This document shows positions 18,073 to 28,954 of a stretch of 58,909 nt of DNA, one piece after another. The stretch covers positions 1 to 58,909 of the forward strand of contig JBHHTW010000012.1 in the NCBI GenBank assembly GCA_046861385.1, read 5' to 3'. This DNA is from Fidelibacterota bacterium. GTDB lineage: Bacteria > Fidelibacterota > Marinisomatia > Marinisomatales > TCS55. Below the pieces are notes generated by a model, which was not told the DNA's origin, did no database searches, and saw only the letters and a program-made list of their open reading frames with translations. The position numbers and the translations under genes are program-made. Positions within the stretch are counted from its first letter, which is position 1. Each line of letters opens with the position of its first letter.

Positions 18073-18726
18073 CTATTTTCTTGCACAGACCACTTCTGAA
18101 GGGAAAGTCCATTGACTGATTTGATCTATTCTCTCCACATGAAATCCTACACCCTTGAGGTGGTCACCTATGGAAACCGGCCGGCATCCGGTCAGAAGAT
18201 CCGGAAATACGTTTGCCACCCAATGCCAGATGGTATTGTGCCATTTTTCTCCGAAAGCCATGGTGGAAATGACCACCCTCCCGGAAGGTGTCAATACCCG
18301 TTTAAATTCAGATAAAATGCGATTAAAATCGGCTTCAGGTAGTAAGTCGATCATGAAATTGTTAATGACCAGATCAAATGAATTGTCTTCAAATGGAAGC
18401 TGATAGGCATTCCCGATAGTTAATTCATAATTTGTCATATTTAATTTTTCCATGCGTTTAATTGCCCGGTCGAGCATACTGGGAGAGATATCGGTTCCTT
18501 TATTGACACCATTTGGGTTTTTTTTAAGAATTTCCCTGAACACCAGACCAGTTCCTACAGCCACTTCCAGAATCTGTTCCCCCGATTTTATATCAGCCAA
18601 ATCGATGACCCTTTTGGCTGCTTTGGATTCTGTCAACCAACTCCAGCCGTCATAAAACCAAGCTACTTTTGAATAGCTGTCTTTTACTCCGTCTTCAGAA
18701 AAATCTCTTATTAATGTATTTGGCAT
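18073..18726 (-). CDS. Class I SAM-dependent methyltransferase (UbiE-like)
   Basis: ILEVAVGTG, DISPSML, LPFEDNSFD, RVLTPSG. Confidence 0.8.
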   Translation of the reverse strand: MPNTLIRDFSEDGVKDSYSKVAWFYDGWSWLTESKAAKRVIDLADIKSGEQILEVAVGTGLVFREILKKNPNGVNKGTDISPSMLDRAIKRMEKLNMTNYELTIGNAYQLPFEDNSFDLVINNFMIDLLPEADFNRILSEFKRVLTPSGRVVISTMAFGEKWHNTIWHWVANVFPDLLTGCRPVSIGDHLKGVGFHVERIDQISQWTFPSEVVCARK

Positions 18727-18817
18727 GAATTGATTGGTTGTAAAACTCTCTCTAATACGTAAACATTAATGAAGTTACGAATTGACAAATTAACCATGCG
18801 GCATTGTTAATGTAGTA

Positions 18818-19039
18818 TCAGTTTTTTTCCTCTTCCTCGTGTGCCGGGCAAGTGCTTAATCCAAATGGTAAATAAAGCGGACAAAGGCTGCAGAAGCTTG
18901 TAATAACAAATATTCCTGCAATAATCAGTAACACAATCCCTAACGTTCCCGTTATTGTACCGGTGAAGTAAAGTATTGCAATAATCACAGCGGCTAGTAT
19001 TCTGACAGTCTTGTCAGTTTTCCCCATGTTCTTTTTCAT
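18818..19039 (-). CDS. DUF2892 (YgaP-like) small membrane protein
   Basis: MKKNMGKTD..R, two TM helices, CPLYLPFGLST. Confidence 0.85.
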   Translation of the reverse strand: MKKNMGKTDKTVRILAAVIIAILYFTGTITGTLGIVLLIIAGIFVITSFCSLCPLYLPFGLSTCPAHEEEEKN

Positions 19040-19155
19040 ATTAGTAGGTCCTTTCAGTTAGACAAATATTGAATCAACAAAACGATGCCCGTTATCATTG
19101 AAATGCATATTAGACAAATGAATAGGAATTTTGCAGCTTTATTCTTCATTTTCAA

Positions 19156-20274
19156 TCAAGTGGTTACAAATCTGTCTTTGCATTGTGGTGAATCTAAAAG
19201 GCATTCATTAAATAAATAACAATATCGTTTACAAATTGCAACGAGCATGAGCATTAACGGAACTTCAATCAAAACTCCGACCACTGTCGCTAAGGCAGCA
19301 CCTGATGACAATCCAAACAACATCGTTGACGTTGCAATGGCAACCTCAAAATGGTTTGAAGCACCAATCATGGCAGAAGGGGCAGCATCGTGGTAAGAAA
19401 GTTTCAGAAATCTGGCAAAAACAAAGTATCCTATAGTAAAGATGAAAATCGTCTGAACCAAAAGAGGAATTGCAATCCATAAAATTGTCAGGGGATTGTT
19501 TGTAATAATTTCTCCTTTAAAAGAGAATAAAAGAACCAATGTAGCAAGTAAGGCAGAAATGCTAATGGGTGTTAACCGGTGCAAAAACTTTGTATTAAAC
19601 CATTCCATTCCTTTGTATTTAATAATCCACATTCTTGAAAAGTATCCCGCCACCAAGGGTAAAGCCACATAAATTATGACTGAAAATAATATTGTTTTCC
19701 AGGGAATGGGCATCGCATTCACACCAAGTAAAAATCCCCCCAGTGGTGCGTAAAGCACAAGCATTGTAAGAGAATTGATAGCAACCATGACTAGCGTAAG
19801 CCCATCATTCCCTTTTGCCAAATGACTCCACATCAACACCATTGCTGTGCAGGGAGCAATCCCCAACAGAATAGCGCCTGATATATAACTTCTCCATAAC
19901 TCAACCTCTTGTCCAGTCTTAATTATTTCAGTCCCGGGTAAGAATTCCTTAAACAAGTCTCCCAAAAAGAAGGAAGCAATAAAATACATTGAAAACGGTT
20001 TTATGATCCAATTGATAAATAGGGTAAGCGCCACAGGTTTTGGCGTTTTCGCTGCTTTGACTACCTCTGAAAAATCGATTTTCACCATAATTGGATACAT
20101 CATGAAGAATAGACAGACAGCTATTGGGATAGATACATTATATATCGAAAGAGAATCTAATTTGACGGCTACTTCAGGAGCGATTCTCCCTAAAAGGATT
20201 CCCCCTCCAATGCAAATAAACACCCAGAGCGTAAGGTATTTTTCAAAAATAGATAGTTTTTTTGTTTCTGACAT
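19156..20274 (-). CDS. acr3: ACR3-family arsenite efflux transporter
   Basis: [39 protein letters not shown]. Confidence 0.93.
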   Translation of the reverse strand: MSETKKLSIFEKYLTLWVFICIGGGILLGRIAPEVAVKLDSLSIYNVSIPIAVCLFFMMYPIMVKIDFSEVVKAAKTPKPVALTLFINWIIKPFSMYFIASFFLGDLFKEFLPGTEIIKTGQEVELWRSYISGAILLGIAPCTAMVLMWSHLAKGNDGLTLVMVAINSLTMLVLYAPLGGFLLGVNAMPIPWKTILFSVIIYVALPLVAGYFSRMWIIKYKGMEWFNTKFLHRLTPISISALLATLVLLFSFKGEIITNNPLTILWIAIPLLVQTIFIFTIGYFVFARFLKLSYHDAAPSAMIGASNHFEVAIATSTMLFGLSSGAALATVVGVLIEVPLMLMLVAICKRYCYLFNECLLDSPQCKDRFVTT

Positions 20275-20285
20275 TTTTTAATTCT

Positions 20286-21209
20286 CTATTTTAAAAACTG
20301 TTTCAACACACGTAGGGCTCTCAAAGTATTCCACCTGCTTGGACCACCTACTCGTTCCATTTCAAAATGAGTCTGTCCGGGATGCTTTGCTTGAACCGGC
20401 CATTTGTAATCTTTCCGTCGTTTTTTTATCAGTATTTCAATGGCATCTAGCATTCGAGGATCATAGTTAATCCCAGCAAATTGAAAATAATCCAGTGCTC
20501 GCAATATATCATATTTCCAGCGTGATGGATAAGACAGCATTAACATTTTCTTACTAATGATATTACCAGTCCGATGAGATCGAAATAATCTATGTTTCAA
20601 TAGAAATTCTCTTGATTTGTCTTCCGCTTCCTGAAGTTCCTCTAGTCTGTACCTATTACCATTTTTTGCATACTCTAAAATTCCTTCGAGAACAGAAATC
20701 GTCGTATGCAGAGAGCTATGTTTTGCCCCTACGGTATTGGAATGGCAATTGAAGCCACCATCTTTCATATGTTCTAAAAGTAGAAAATCAACAATTGATT
20801 TTAAGTAATTTTCCTCCAATCTGAAATATGAAGCATAGTTTAGAAACATTCCGTTTACGCAAACATCACATTTCTTATCTGTCCCAATGGGAAAAATCCC
20901 GCCGTCGGGACCTTTGAGTGTTTGGGTTACCTGTAAGATAGATTGCCTTATTTCTTCATTATTTGGAGATATGGAAAGGTTCCTTAAATCTAGAACTGTG
21001 TAATGGGTTGAAATCCATTTCGGTTGATAAAATCGCTCTCCCCAGTGCCCTTCTTTTTTCCGGAAGCTGAGAAATTGAGCACCCCATCCTTCGCCGGCAA
21101 TTCTGTTTTTCAGGCCTTCACGGTCTATGGATAATAAATCGCGATATACTTGGTATTGTATGGATACATCACCTTCAAGGAGCCACTTTATTGTATCGTT
21201 CTTTTTCAT
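20286..21209 (-). CDS. Conserved hypothetical, alpha/alpha-toroid (prenyltransferase/squalene cyclase repeat-like)
   Basis: WLLEGD, DGGFNC, YPSRWKYDILRAL, PSRWNTLRALRVL. Confidence 0.6.
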   Translation of the reverse strand: MKKNDTIKWLLEGDVSIQYQVYRDLLSIDREGLKNRIAGEGWGAQFLSFRKKEGHWGERFYQPKWISTHYTVLDLRNLSISPNNEEIRQSILQVTQTLKGPDGGIFPIGTDKKCDVCVNGMFLNYASYFRLEENYLKSIVDFLLLEHMKDGGFNCHSNTVGAKHSSLHTTISVLEGILEYAKNGNRYRLEELQEAEDKSREFLLKHRLFRSHRTGNIISKKMLMLSYPSRWKYDILRALDYFQFAGINYDPRMLDAIEILIKKRRKDYKWPVQAKHPGQTHFEMERVGGPSRWNTLRALRVLKQFLK

Positions 21210-21231
21210 TTCAATGGCTTATTATGTACTT

Positions 21232-21762
21232 CTATTCCTTCTTTGTTAGTGTATTCATTCCGAAACAAGCAAATTCATTGCCAGTGAAAGAAACGTCAAA
21301 AATGGTTTCAATTTCCTTCGATCCGGTTTTTATTATTGTCCATTTTGCTTTTCCTCCCGGGTTAAAATTTTCAATGATTTCAGTTTCAAAAACGAGTTTA
21401 GTATTATTTGATAGAGAATCATTAAGCACATATTGATTTATATATCCTTCAATATTGAATTGTCGAAAAACAAACACTTTTCTATTTTTATCAAAACTGA
21501 TCATACCTTTATCAATATGGTGTTCACCTTTTGGTTTTGATTCAGTAGGTTCGAATTTTGATTCATTCAATACTTCTAAATATTTACCATTCATGATATA
21601 TTTAAATTCAGATTCAACCTTAGATTTTTCATTTCCAAATCCGCTTCCAGTTCCAATCCATATTCCAATAAGGAAATCAAATCTTTCTAAAGGATTCGTT
21701 TGACCAAAAGAGATCCCATTTATTATCGCTAATAGAACCATTAATAAATTTACTCTTTTCAT
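21232..21762 (-). CDS. Secreted beta-barrel-like hypothetical protein
   Basis: Signal peptide, FLIGxWxGxG motif, beta-rich pattern. Confidence 0.55.
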   Translation of the reverse strand: MKRVNLLMVLLAIINGISFGQTNPLERFDFLIGIWIGTGSGFGNEKSKVESEFKYIMNGKYLEVLNESKFEPTESKPKGEHHIDKGMISFDKNRKVFVFRQFNIEGYINQYVLNDSLSNNTKLVFETEIIENFNPGGKAKWTIIKTGSKEIETIFDVSFTGNEFACFGMNTLTKKE

Positions 21763-21841
21763 TTTTTCTCCATCATAGTATGATTAATTACAGTACGTTT
21801 TAAAATCTGGTTTTTTATAGGTAGTTTTTATGATTAGCATG

Positions 21842-22117
21842 TTACTTTTCATCTTTCCAATTCCACCATTTTAATTTTTCTTGTTCTATTAATTTTCCTT
21901 CTGTTTCAGCAAAATAGACTGCACATCTAAAAACATAAAGTAAACATCGATCTTGAACCGTTTCTGCATAATTATTCGACTGGTCGTACAATTTATAAGG
22001 ATCTTTTCCTTTCAAATCGTTAACCGACATTATTTCGATATTTATCAGATCTTCAGCTATTGATTTACCAACCCCCGGGATTTGCATCAAATCTTTCATT
22101 GCAGAGTTCGTATTCAT
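21842..22117 (-). CDS. Helix-hairpin-helix protein (Cdd1/pathogenicity-locus family)
   Basis: IPGVGKSIAEDL, DRCLLYVFRCAVY, KWWNWKD; ATG at 22117 preferred. Confidence 0.8.
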   Translation of the reverse strand: MNTNSAMKDLMQIPGVGKSIAEDLINIEIMSVNDLKGKDPYKLYDQSNNYAETVQDRCLLYVFRCAVYFAETEGKLIEQEKLKWWNWKDEK

Positions 22118-22226
22118 TTTTGAGTAGTTCCTTTTAATAAAATATCTTGTACAAGTATATAGAGGGGGAGCGATTAAAACAAACATATTTACAATAAAAT
22201 ATTGTCAGATAAAATTATTTTTTGTA

Positions 22227-22259
22227 AATCTTGCGAAGGTTTTGAATCTTCGCAAGGTT
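22227..22259. repeat. REP-like palindromic hairpin
   Basis: aatcttgcgaaggtt-ttg-aatcttcgcaaggtt; cttgcgaag/cttcgcaag perfect 9-bp stem. Confidence 0.55.
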
Positions 22260-22299
22260 GAGGGTTAAATTATGTCCCGGAAACCAAAAGGAGAGAGTC

Positions 22300-22743
22300 A
22301 TGTACGAACCTACAATCAATTACATTGCCGTTTTGGGGTCGGCAATCATATTTTTCATGATCGGTGGTTTATGGTATTCGCCGGTTCTGTTTGCTAAACC
22401 GTGGATCAAAGCCATCGGTTTATCGGACGACCAGATGACGGGAATGAAAGAAAAAGGTCCCGGAGCAAAACCGATGATTATTTCATTCACGGGAGGATTG
22501 GTCATGGCGTTTGTGACGGCCCACATGGTGGATTTCATGAAAGTGGTGTTTGAAGATTCCGGAATGAGCCATCTGACCATCGGATTAACAACCGGGTTCT
22601 GGATGTGGTTGGGATATATTGCGACATTTTCTCTCAATTCTGTTTCTTACGAAAACAAGCCATGGTCATTATACTTCATTAATAACGGCTATCAATTGGT
22701 GGGATTATTTTCCATGGGGAGCATTCTGGCTGTCTGGGGATAA
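22300..22743 (+). CDS. DUF1761-family membrane protein
   Basis: INYIAV, GGLWYSPVLFAKPW, INNGYQ; AAGGAG RBS before ATG 22300. Confidence 0.8.
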   Translation: MYEPTINYIAVLGSAIIFFMIGGLWYSPVLFAKPWIKAIGLSDDQMTGMKEKGPGAKPMIISFTGGLVMAFVTAHMVDFMKVVFEDSGMSHLTIGLTTGFWMWLGYIATFSLNSVSYENKPWSLYFINNGYQLVGLFSMGSILAVWG

Positions 22744-22765
22744 TGGTCATTGGTAAACTAACAAT

Positions 22766-23935
22766 ATGATATTCGAAAAATTCACGGAAGTATTTATTCC
22801 TAAGACAAAGGAATCAGCCCGGATTTACCGGAGTCATATTGGAAAATTCCAGGGAGGGGTTTCTGTTGCAGTGAACGGATTACTCTTTATTATTAAGCTG
22901 AATATAGGATTAGTTATTCATTCCGTGAGCTTAATTGCTGATGCTATTCATACCTTATCAGACGTGATTTCATCGGGAGTGGTTATTTGGGGGTTTAATG
23001 AATCTGAAAAACCAGCGGATATTGAACATCCATATGGACATGGACGGGTAGAATATATTGCCACGCTCATTATAGCCATTTTACTTTGTGTGGCTGGTAT
23101 TGAATTTATTGAATCATCCATCCACCGAATCAGGAATCCTGAATTGGTTTCAGCCCAGTGGTGGATGGTTGGAGTTCTGGCAGGAACCATTGTCATTAAA
23201 GAAATTACTGCCCGTTATGCCGAGTTTCTTTCAGTTAAAATCGCATCGGGAACACTTCAGGCAGATGCCTGGCATCACCGGTCCGATGCCATTTCCAGTT
23301 TCCTAGTAATTATAGCCATGGTTGCAGGAAGACTTGGTTATCCATCGGTGGATGGTTGGGCAGGATTGGGAGTGGCTCTGTTTTTAATTTATACCGGGTA
23401 TACCATTGCCAGAGAGGCGATTGATGACCTTATTGGGAGACCTCCATCCGATGAAGAAATAGAGCAAATCCGCCATATTGTTACATCCATCGACGGAGTA
23501 TTAGGGGTACATGATATTATAATGCACAGTTATGGAAAAGATAAATTTGTCAGTATGCATGTGGAAATAAATGCTCATGAGACACCAGAACAAGCACATG
23601 ATATTTCAGAACGTGTTGAAAATGTTCTTACAAAAAAACTGGGTGTAGAACCAAATGTTCATATGGACCCGGTTCGTCCTGATAATCCAAATATACAAGA
23701 AGTGACAAATTATCTAAATGAAAATTGGATCCAAGATGATCGTATTTCAAATATTCATGATATCAGAATTGTAGAAACAGATGAGCACAAAGTTATCTTA
23801 TTTGGAATCAATACAGAACAAGCTATGTTTAAAAAACAAATTATAGAATGTTGTGATGAGTTAGAAACTGCTATTAAGAAAAAGTTTCCGGACTATGAAG
23901 TCAATATTAAAGTTTCACCCATACACCGTTTTTAA
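22766..23935 (+). CDS. Cation diffusion facilitator (FieF-like) transporter
   Basis: ADAIHTLSD, HPYGHGRVE, DAWHHRSD. Confidence 0.9.
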   Translation: MIFEKFTEVFIPKTKESARIYRSHIGKFQGGVSVAVNGLLFIIKLNIGLVIHSVSLIADAIHTLSDVISSGVVIWGFNESEKPADIEHPYGHGRVEYIATLIIAILLCVAGIEFIESSIHRIRNPELVSAQWWMVGVLAGTIVIKEITARYAEFLSVKIASGTLQADAWHHRSDAISSFLVIIAMVAGRLGYPSVDGWAGLGVALFLIYTGYTIAREAIDDLIGRPPSDEEIEQIRHIVTSIDGVLGVHDIIMHSYGKDKFVSMHVEINAHETPEQAHDISERVENVLTKKLGVEPNVHMDPVRPDNPNIQEVTNYLNENWIQDDRISNIHDIRIVETDEHKVILFGINTEQAMFKKQIIECCDELETAIKKKFPDYEVNIKVSPIHRF

Positions 23936-24701
23936 TCAAATCAGAATATATATGGTATAATCCTTTTAATGTAATATCGTCGTCAAAAATGACATTTGAT
24001 TGAGCAATCCCGCCGATGACTTTTCCCAATCCTCCAGTGATAACTACAGGAATATTAGACCAGTTTTTTTCATCCAGAATACGTTTAATCATTCCATCGA
24101 GTTGATCTGCGGCGCCAAATAGAATTCCGCTTTCCAAGTTAGTTCGGGTATCACGTCCAATAGCTGAATTAGGAATTTCAAAGTCAATCCGATGTAATAG
24201 AGCTGCCGATTGAAATAAATGCATGGCACTGGTTTCAATTCCGGGAGATATAGACCCGCCGATAAAATTACCTTTTTCATCAATAATGTCAAAGGTAGTG
24301 GCTGTTCCGAAATCTACAACAATTGATGGTTTGCCATATAATTTTCCAGCAGCATATACATTTGAAATTCGGTCAGCACCCACCTCATTGGGAGATTTTA
24401 CATCAAGGTTAATTCCTAAATTTATACTGCCGTTCACCTCATAAGGAGTCTGGCCTAGGTACTTTTCGCACATTTTTTTAAAAACGAATGTTTCTTTAGG
24501 GACTACACTGCCGATTACAATACTTTTTAGAGCATTTAAATCTCGCTTTGCATTATCAGCCAGTAGTTTTATTGCTACCCAACTTTCGTCTATTGTCCTC
24601 GTAGATGCAGCGTTTAATCTCCAGCTTTCAACCAAGTTCCCTCTCTCGAAAAGTCCGAGAACAATATTTGTGTTTCCGATATCAATTGCTAAAATCATCA
24701 T
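23907..24701 (-). CDS. coaX: Type III pantothenate kinase
   Basis: AIDIGNTN, VGADR, VDFGTATT, TGG. Confidence 0.93.
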   Translation of the reverse strand: MMILAIDIGNTNIVLGLFERGNLVESWRLNAASTRTIDESWVAIKLLADNAKRDLNALKSIVIGSVVPKETFVFKKMCEKYLGQTPYEVNGSINLGINLDVKSPNEVGADRISNVYAAGKLYGKPSIVVDFGTATTFDIIDEKGNFIGGSISPGIETSAMHLFQSAALLHRIDFEIPNSAIGRDTRTNLESGILFGAADQLDGMIKRILDEKNWSNIPVVITGGLGKVIGGIAQSNVIFDDDITLKGLYHIYSDLIKNGVWVKL

Positions 24702-25471
24702 TCGATAATATGTATATCACTGCTTGAGTATGCTATTTCGTTTCCGCTGCAATTAATTAATGCTGCCCCATCTGCATTAATTCCCAGGAAGATACCCTCA
24801 TGAGTATCACAGCCTGTTTCAAACTTAACGTTCTTATTTATATGATTACAACGATCAGTCCAAAATTTTGATAATGTTTGCACATCTCTACTTCTTTTTA
24901 GCAAAGCATATAGTATTTCAAGATGATTCAAGACGAAAGCAGAAACCAGTTCTCTTTGAATAGATGAAGACGATTCCATAAAAAAAGATGTAGCATTTAG
25001 ATCTTTAGAAAGTTCAATTTTTTGTTCGTTAATATTGATCCCGATCCCGATAACTACCCATATTAAGCAAGATCCTTGAATTCTGCTTTCACATAAAATA
25101 CCACCTAATTTTTTTTTGTTAACCATGATATCATTAGGCCATTTGAGGTCAACCTTTAGTCCCAACTCGGCGAGAGCATTTGAGACTGCAATCCCGGCCA
25201 TTAGCGGAAACCACCCCGCGAATCGACTGTCTAATTCCGGTTTTAAAAGAAGAGACATCGTCAAGCTTTTTCCCGGCACAGATATCCAACGCCTGCCAGA
25301 TCTGCCTTTCCCGGCAGTTTGTTTATCTGTTATTACGAGTGTTCCTTCCTCAACTCCTTTATCAATCAGTTCCCAGGCGTCGTCATTGGTGGATTTGGTC
25401 AAAGTCACTTGTTCTATATTCCGACCCAGAATACGTGTAGTGAGGTTTGCTTGAAGAAGGTTCGTAAACAT
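24698..25471 (-). CDS. birA: Biotin--protein ligase (no HTH)
   Basis: STN, QTAGKGRSGR, KWPND, KLGGILCE, GIGIN. Confidence 0.93.
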   Translation of the reverse strand: MFTNLLQANLTTRILGRNIEQVTLTKSTNDDAWELIDKGVEEGTLVITDKQTAGKGRSGRRWISVPGKSLTMSLLLKPELDSRFAGWFPLMAGIAVSNALAELGLKVDLKWPNDIMVNKKKLGGILCESRIQGSCLIWVVIGIGININEQKIELSKDLNATSFFMESSSSIQRELVSAFVLNHLEILYALLKRSRDVQTLSKFWTDRCNHINKNVKFETGCDTHEGIFLGINADGAALINCSGNEIAYSSSDIHIIE

Positions 25472-25473
25472 GA

Positions 25474-26061
25474 TTACACAAAAAAGAAATATAATTGACT
25501 GTATGTAAGATAAAATCCAATAATGGAACCAACTATTACCTGAAGACTAGTGTGAGCTTTCAAGACAACCCGTGAATAACTTACGCTTGCTAGAATCGCA
25601 ATAACACTGAGTGGAAACTGAATTCCAGCTATCCATAAAGCAGCCAGAGGCGCTGCAACCCCCATCGCATGAATGGAAATTTTCCAATATTTTGTTATTA
25701 TAATCGTCACTATAGTGTTGGCCATATAGCAAAACATCAAACCCCGGACCAGGGGGTCCGCTTTCATATAAGTTAGAATTAAAAAAGCGGTGCCGGAATA
25801 GATAATACCCAATGTTAGGGGTAAAATTCGTTGATCTCTTTTTGATGCATCCAGATCGGAAATTTTTCCGAATTTTTTCAATGTCAACACTGTAAGGATT
25901 GGAATCAAGTTAGAAAATATGAAACAGACAATTAACACGTTGACAGCATTTTCAGTTTTGGACATGCCACTTTCAAATAGCAGTATGTAAAAGGCTGCAA
26001 ATGATATGATCAAAGGATGGAAAATAATGGATATAATCGAAGCAAATGGACGAGTATTCAT
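25474..26061 (-). CDS. PAP2-like membrane protein
   Basis: WKISIHA, SRVVLKAHT..QV..G. Confidence 0.7.
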   Translation of the reverse strand: MNTRPFASIISIIFHPLIISFAAFYILLFESGMSKTENAVNVLIVCFIFSNLIPILTVLTLKKFGKISDLDASKRDQRILPLTLGIIYSGTAFLILTYMKADPLVRGLMFCYMANTIVTIIITKYWKISIHAMGVAAPLAALWIAGIQFPLSVIAILASVSYSRVVLKAHTSLQVIVGSIIGFYLTYSQLYFFFV

Positions 26062-26110
26062 TAGAAATTTCAGTGATTCATAACTTTGTTAACTATGCAA
26101 ATCAATATAA

Positions 26111-27607
26111 TTAAAAAGACGGATGATACTCACCAAAAACAGAACGTAAAGCGTCAGATATTTCACCGAGTGTACAAGCGTTTTTAACGCAGTTGATAAT
26201 GACAGGCATGATATTATCGGAACCAGATGAGACTGTTTTCAACTCAGCCAGACAATTCTTTACCTGGTCATTATTCCGGTGAATTTTATAGTCTTCAACC
26301 CGTTGAACTTGGGTTGAGACTGCTTGTTGATTGATAATCAATAGATTTGGATTTACTTCTTCTTCAGATTGATATTTATTTACACCAACCACCACCCGTT
26401 CACCACTCTCTACCATTTTATGGAATTGATAGGAACTATGGCTGATTTCCTTTTGAATCCAGCCTTTTTCAATCGCAGAAACAGCACCACCCATTTCATC
26501 AATTTTTTTGATGAGATCATTGGCTTCTGATTCCAACTGATTGGTTAATTCTTCTACGACATAACTTCCGGCAAAAGGATCGGGATAGTTCACAATCCCT
26601 GATTCATAGGCGATAATTTGCTGTGTTCGAAGAGCCAGTCTTACTGATTCATCTGTTGGTAGAGCCAATGCTTCATCTTTTGAATTTGTATGGAGCGATT
26701 GCGTTCCGCCCAAAACAGCTGACATTGCCTGGATTGTCGTCCGGACCACATTGTTATCAATCTGTTGAGCTGAAAGAGTTGATCCACCTGTTTGAACATG
26801 GAATCTGCACATCATTGCCTTTTCATTTGTGGCGCCAAAACGATTTTTCATGATTTTTGCCCATAGCCGTCTGGCTGCACGAAATTTGGCAATTTCCATT
26901 AATAAATTATTGTGGGCATTGAAAAAAAATGAAAGCCTTTTACCAAACGTATCTACACCCAAACCCTTATCTATAGCCGCTTGGACGTAAGCAATTCCAT
27001 TTGCTAAAGTGAATGCAAGTTCCTGTGCTGCGGTAGATCCGGCTTCACGGATATGGTAACCGGAAATGGAAATAGTATTCCAGTTTGGAACATGATTCGA
27101 ACAAAAATCAAAAATATCAGTCACAATTCTCATGGACGGCTCAGGAGGGTAAATGTAAGTCCCGCGGGAAATGTACTCTTTAAGAATGTCATTTTGTATG
27201 GTCCCTTTGAGCCTATGGGCAGGAATATTTTGCGTTTCTGCCATCACAATATAAAACGCAAGCAACACCCCGGCGGTGGCATTGATCGTCATGGATGTAG
27301 AAACGGTATCGAGGGGGATATCCTTAAATAAAATTTCCATATCTTCCATGGTTGAAATCGGTACTCCAACTTTCCCAACTTCCCCAGAAGCCATCTTATG
27401 ATCCGAGTCGTACCCAATTTGCGTTGGCAGATCAAATGCCACCGATAAACCGGTTACACCGTTTTCTAACAAATACTTATATCGCCTATTGGATTCTTCC
27501 GCAGTCGTGAAACCAGCGTATTGACGCATTGTCCAGAATTTTTTTTTATACATATCCGGATATATACCACCTGTGAATGGGAATTGTCCCGGTTTTTCCC
27601 TCATCAA
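26111..27607 (-). CDS. Methylmalonyl-CoA mutase, substrate-binding (large) subunit without B12 domain
   Basis: [42 protein letters not shown]; no DxHxxG. Confidence 0.9.
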   Translation of the reverse strand: MMREKPGQFPFTGGIYPDMYKKKFWTMRQYAGFTTAEESNRRYKYLLENGVTGLSVAFDLPTQIGYDSDHKMASGEVGKVGVPISTMEDMEILFKDIPLDTVSTSMTINATAGVLLAFYIVMAETQNIPAHRLKGTIQNDILKEYISRGTYIYPPEPSMRIVTDIFDFCSNHVPNWNTISISGYHIREAGSTAAQELAFTLANGIAYVQAAIDKGLGVDTFGKRLSFFFNAHNNLLMEIAKFRAARRLWAKIMKNRFGATNEKAMMCRFHVQTGGSTLSAQQIDNNVVRTTIQAMSAVLGGTQSLHTNSKDEALALPTDESVRLALRTQQIIAYESGIVNYPDPFAGSYVVEELTNQLESEANDLIKKIDEMGGAVSAIEKGWIQKEISHSSYQFHKMVESGERVVVGVNKYQSEEEVNPNLLIINQQAVSTQVQRVEDYKIHRNNDQVKNCLAELKTVSSGSDNIMPVIINCVKNACTLGEISDALRSVFGEYHPSF

Positions 27608-28335
27608 ATGATACCTCTTTCTTTTTTAATTGACTGATATGCGTCATTCACAGCTTTAAATTTTTCCTCAGCGAGGTTTTTAAATTCGTTTCCTAAATGG
27701 GTCACTTTATCCGGGTGGTATTTTGATGCGATTTTTCGATAGGCTTTTTTAAGTTCCTGATCAGTTGCTTTGGGTGTTATTTCAAGTATTTTATAAGCGG
27801 ATTTAGTATCCTTAACAAACATGGCTTTAATAGAACCAAAATCATGATCATTAATATTGAGGTATCGAGCTATGGTGTGAATTATTTTTATTTCTGAAGG
27901 ATGTATATGTCCATCTGCCTTCGAAAGGCCAAATAAAACATGAACTAATTCAAGCCGGCTAGGATGATCCATTGATCGTTGGATTTGACGACATACATCA
28001 CGTAAAGGATAATCTTGTTTTACGATTTCCTTAAAGAGCATCATAAATTCACTCGTTTGGTTTTGTCCAAATTGCTGGCGAAGGAATCCTTTTACATAAT
28101 CAAGTTCAGATCGTAATAATTTTTTATCTGCTTTCATCACCGCAGAAAATAATACCAGCATTGAAACCAAAAAATCACCTGGTTTTGTACTCGGGTAGCT
28201 TCGGGAGGTTTGGTGATAGGTCCTTTGGCTTTGAGGAGTCCCTTGGGAAGCCAGAAAATATCCTATAATTGCGCCAATGGGACCACCGAGCGCCCAACCA
28301 AGTCCACCAAAGAGAATTTTTTTACCTATTGTCAT
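27604..28335 (-). CDS. DjlA-like TerB + DnaJ domain protein
   Basis: [11 protein letters not shown]-terminus, KADG, C-terminal J domain YHPDKV. Confidence 0.85.
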   Translation of the reverse strand: MTIGKKILFGGLGWALGGPIGAIIGYFLASQGTPQSQRTYHQTSRSYPSTKPGDFLVSMLVLFSAVMKADKKLLRSELDYVKGFLRQQFGQNQTSEFMMLFKEIVKQDYPLRDVCRQIQRSMDHPSRLELVHVLFGLSKADGHIHPSEIKIIHTIARYLNINDHDFGSIKAMFVKDTKSAYKILEITPKATDQELKKAYRKIASKYHPDKVTHLGNEFKNLAEEKFKAVNDAYQSIKKERGII

Positions 28336-28405
28336 AATTTTCCTAGATTTATTAAAGAATTGAAACTACACAAGTTCTATTCTGTGAAAAAAGTTATATT
28401 CCGCC

Positions 28406-28954
28406 GTGAATTTACCTTTAAAAACACGCATTGCACTATGGTGGGGTAGACACCGGAAAGATTCGCTTTTTCAACCAAACCTATTACTAGGGAAGGAAAA
28501 ATATCCTTTTTCGAATTTTTTAATTCTTTTACCAAAAAGCCCCGAATCCTCCAGAGCAGCACGAATGTTTACTCAATCATTACAAAATGCCATTGGCCCT
28601 CAAGGACATATTCAAGTTCGCTATATAGCAAAACGTATCAATCTTGAATATGTGGATACTGCAATTAATGATCGATTAATTACCTATTCGGATGAAAATA
28701 TTAATCGATGGGGATTACCGGAACAATCTCTTCTTAAAATCATATTTGTATCCAAGCCGGAAGTAGTAATTGACCTTAATCTGGAATTTGATCCAGTGTC
28801 CGCGACGATTGTTCAACAATCTGCCGCTCCAATGAGAATTGGGTTTTATAATGAGGAAAATGAAAAATATTTCAATATATTAATCGACCGCAACGAAAAT
28901 GAATTCATTGAAAATGGGTATAAAAAAATACAGCAATTATTAGGATTGGCATGA
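28406..28954 (+). CDS. Hypothetical protein (glycosyltransferase-9-like/DUF6913-like half domain)
   Basis: 182 aa ORF with VIDLN...S.A..RIGF; ATGA overlap with next gene. Confidence 0.55.
   Translation: MNLPLKTRIALWWGRHRKDSLFQPNLLLGKEKYPFSNFLILLPKSPESSRAARMFTQSLQNAIGPQGHIQVRYIAKRINLEYVDTAINDRLITYSDENINRWGLPEQSLLKIIFVSKPEVVIDLNLEFDPVSATIVQQSAAPMRIGFYNEENEKYFNILIDRNENEFIENGYKKIQQLLGLA

Noticed and set aside
18073-18726. Arsenite methyltransferase ArsM near acr3
   Set aside because: Lacks the multiple conserved Cys motifs of ArsM
26111-27607. Isobutyryl-CoA mutase or truncated mutase pseudogene
   Set aside because: RQYAGF Tyr and the conserved Arg fit methylmalonyl-CoA specificity; split large/small subunit forms are common
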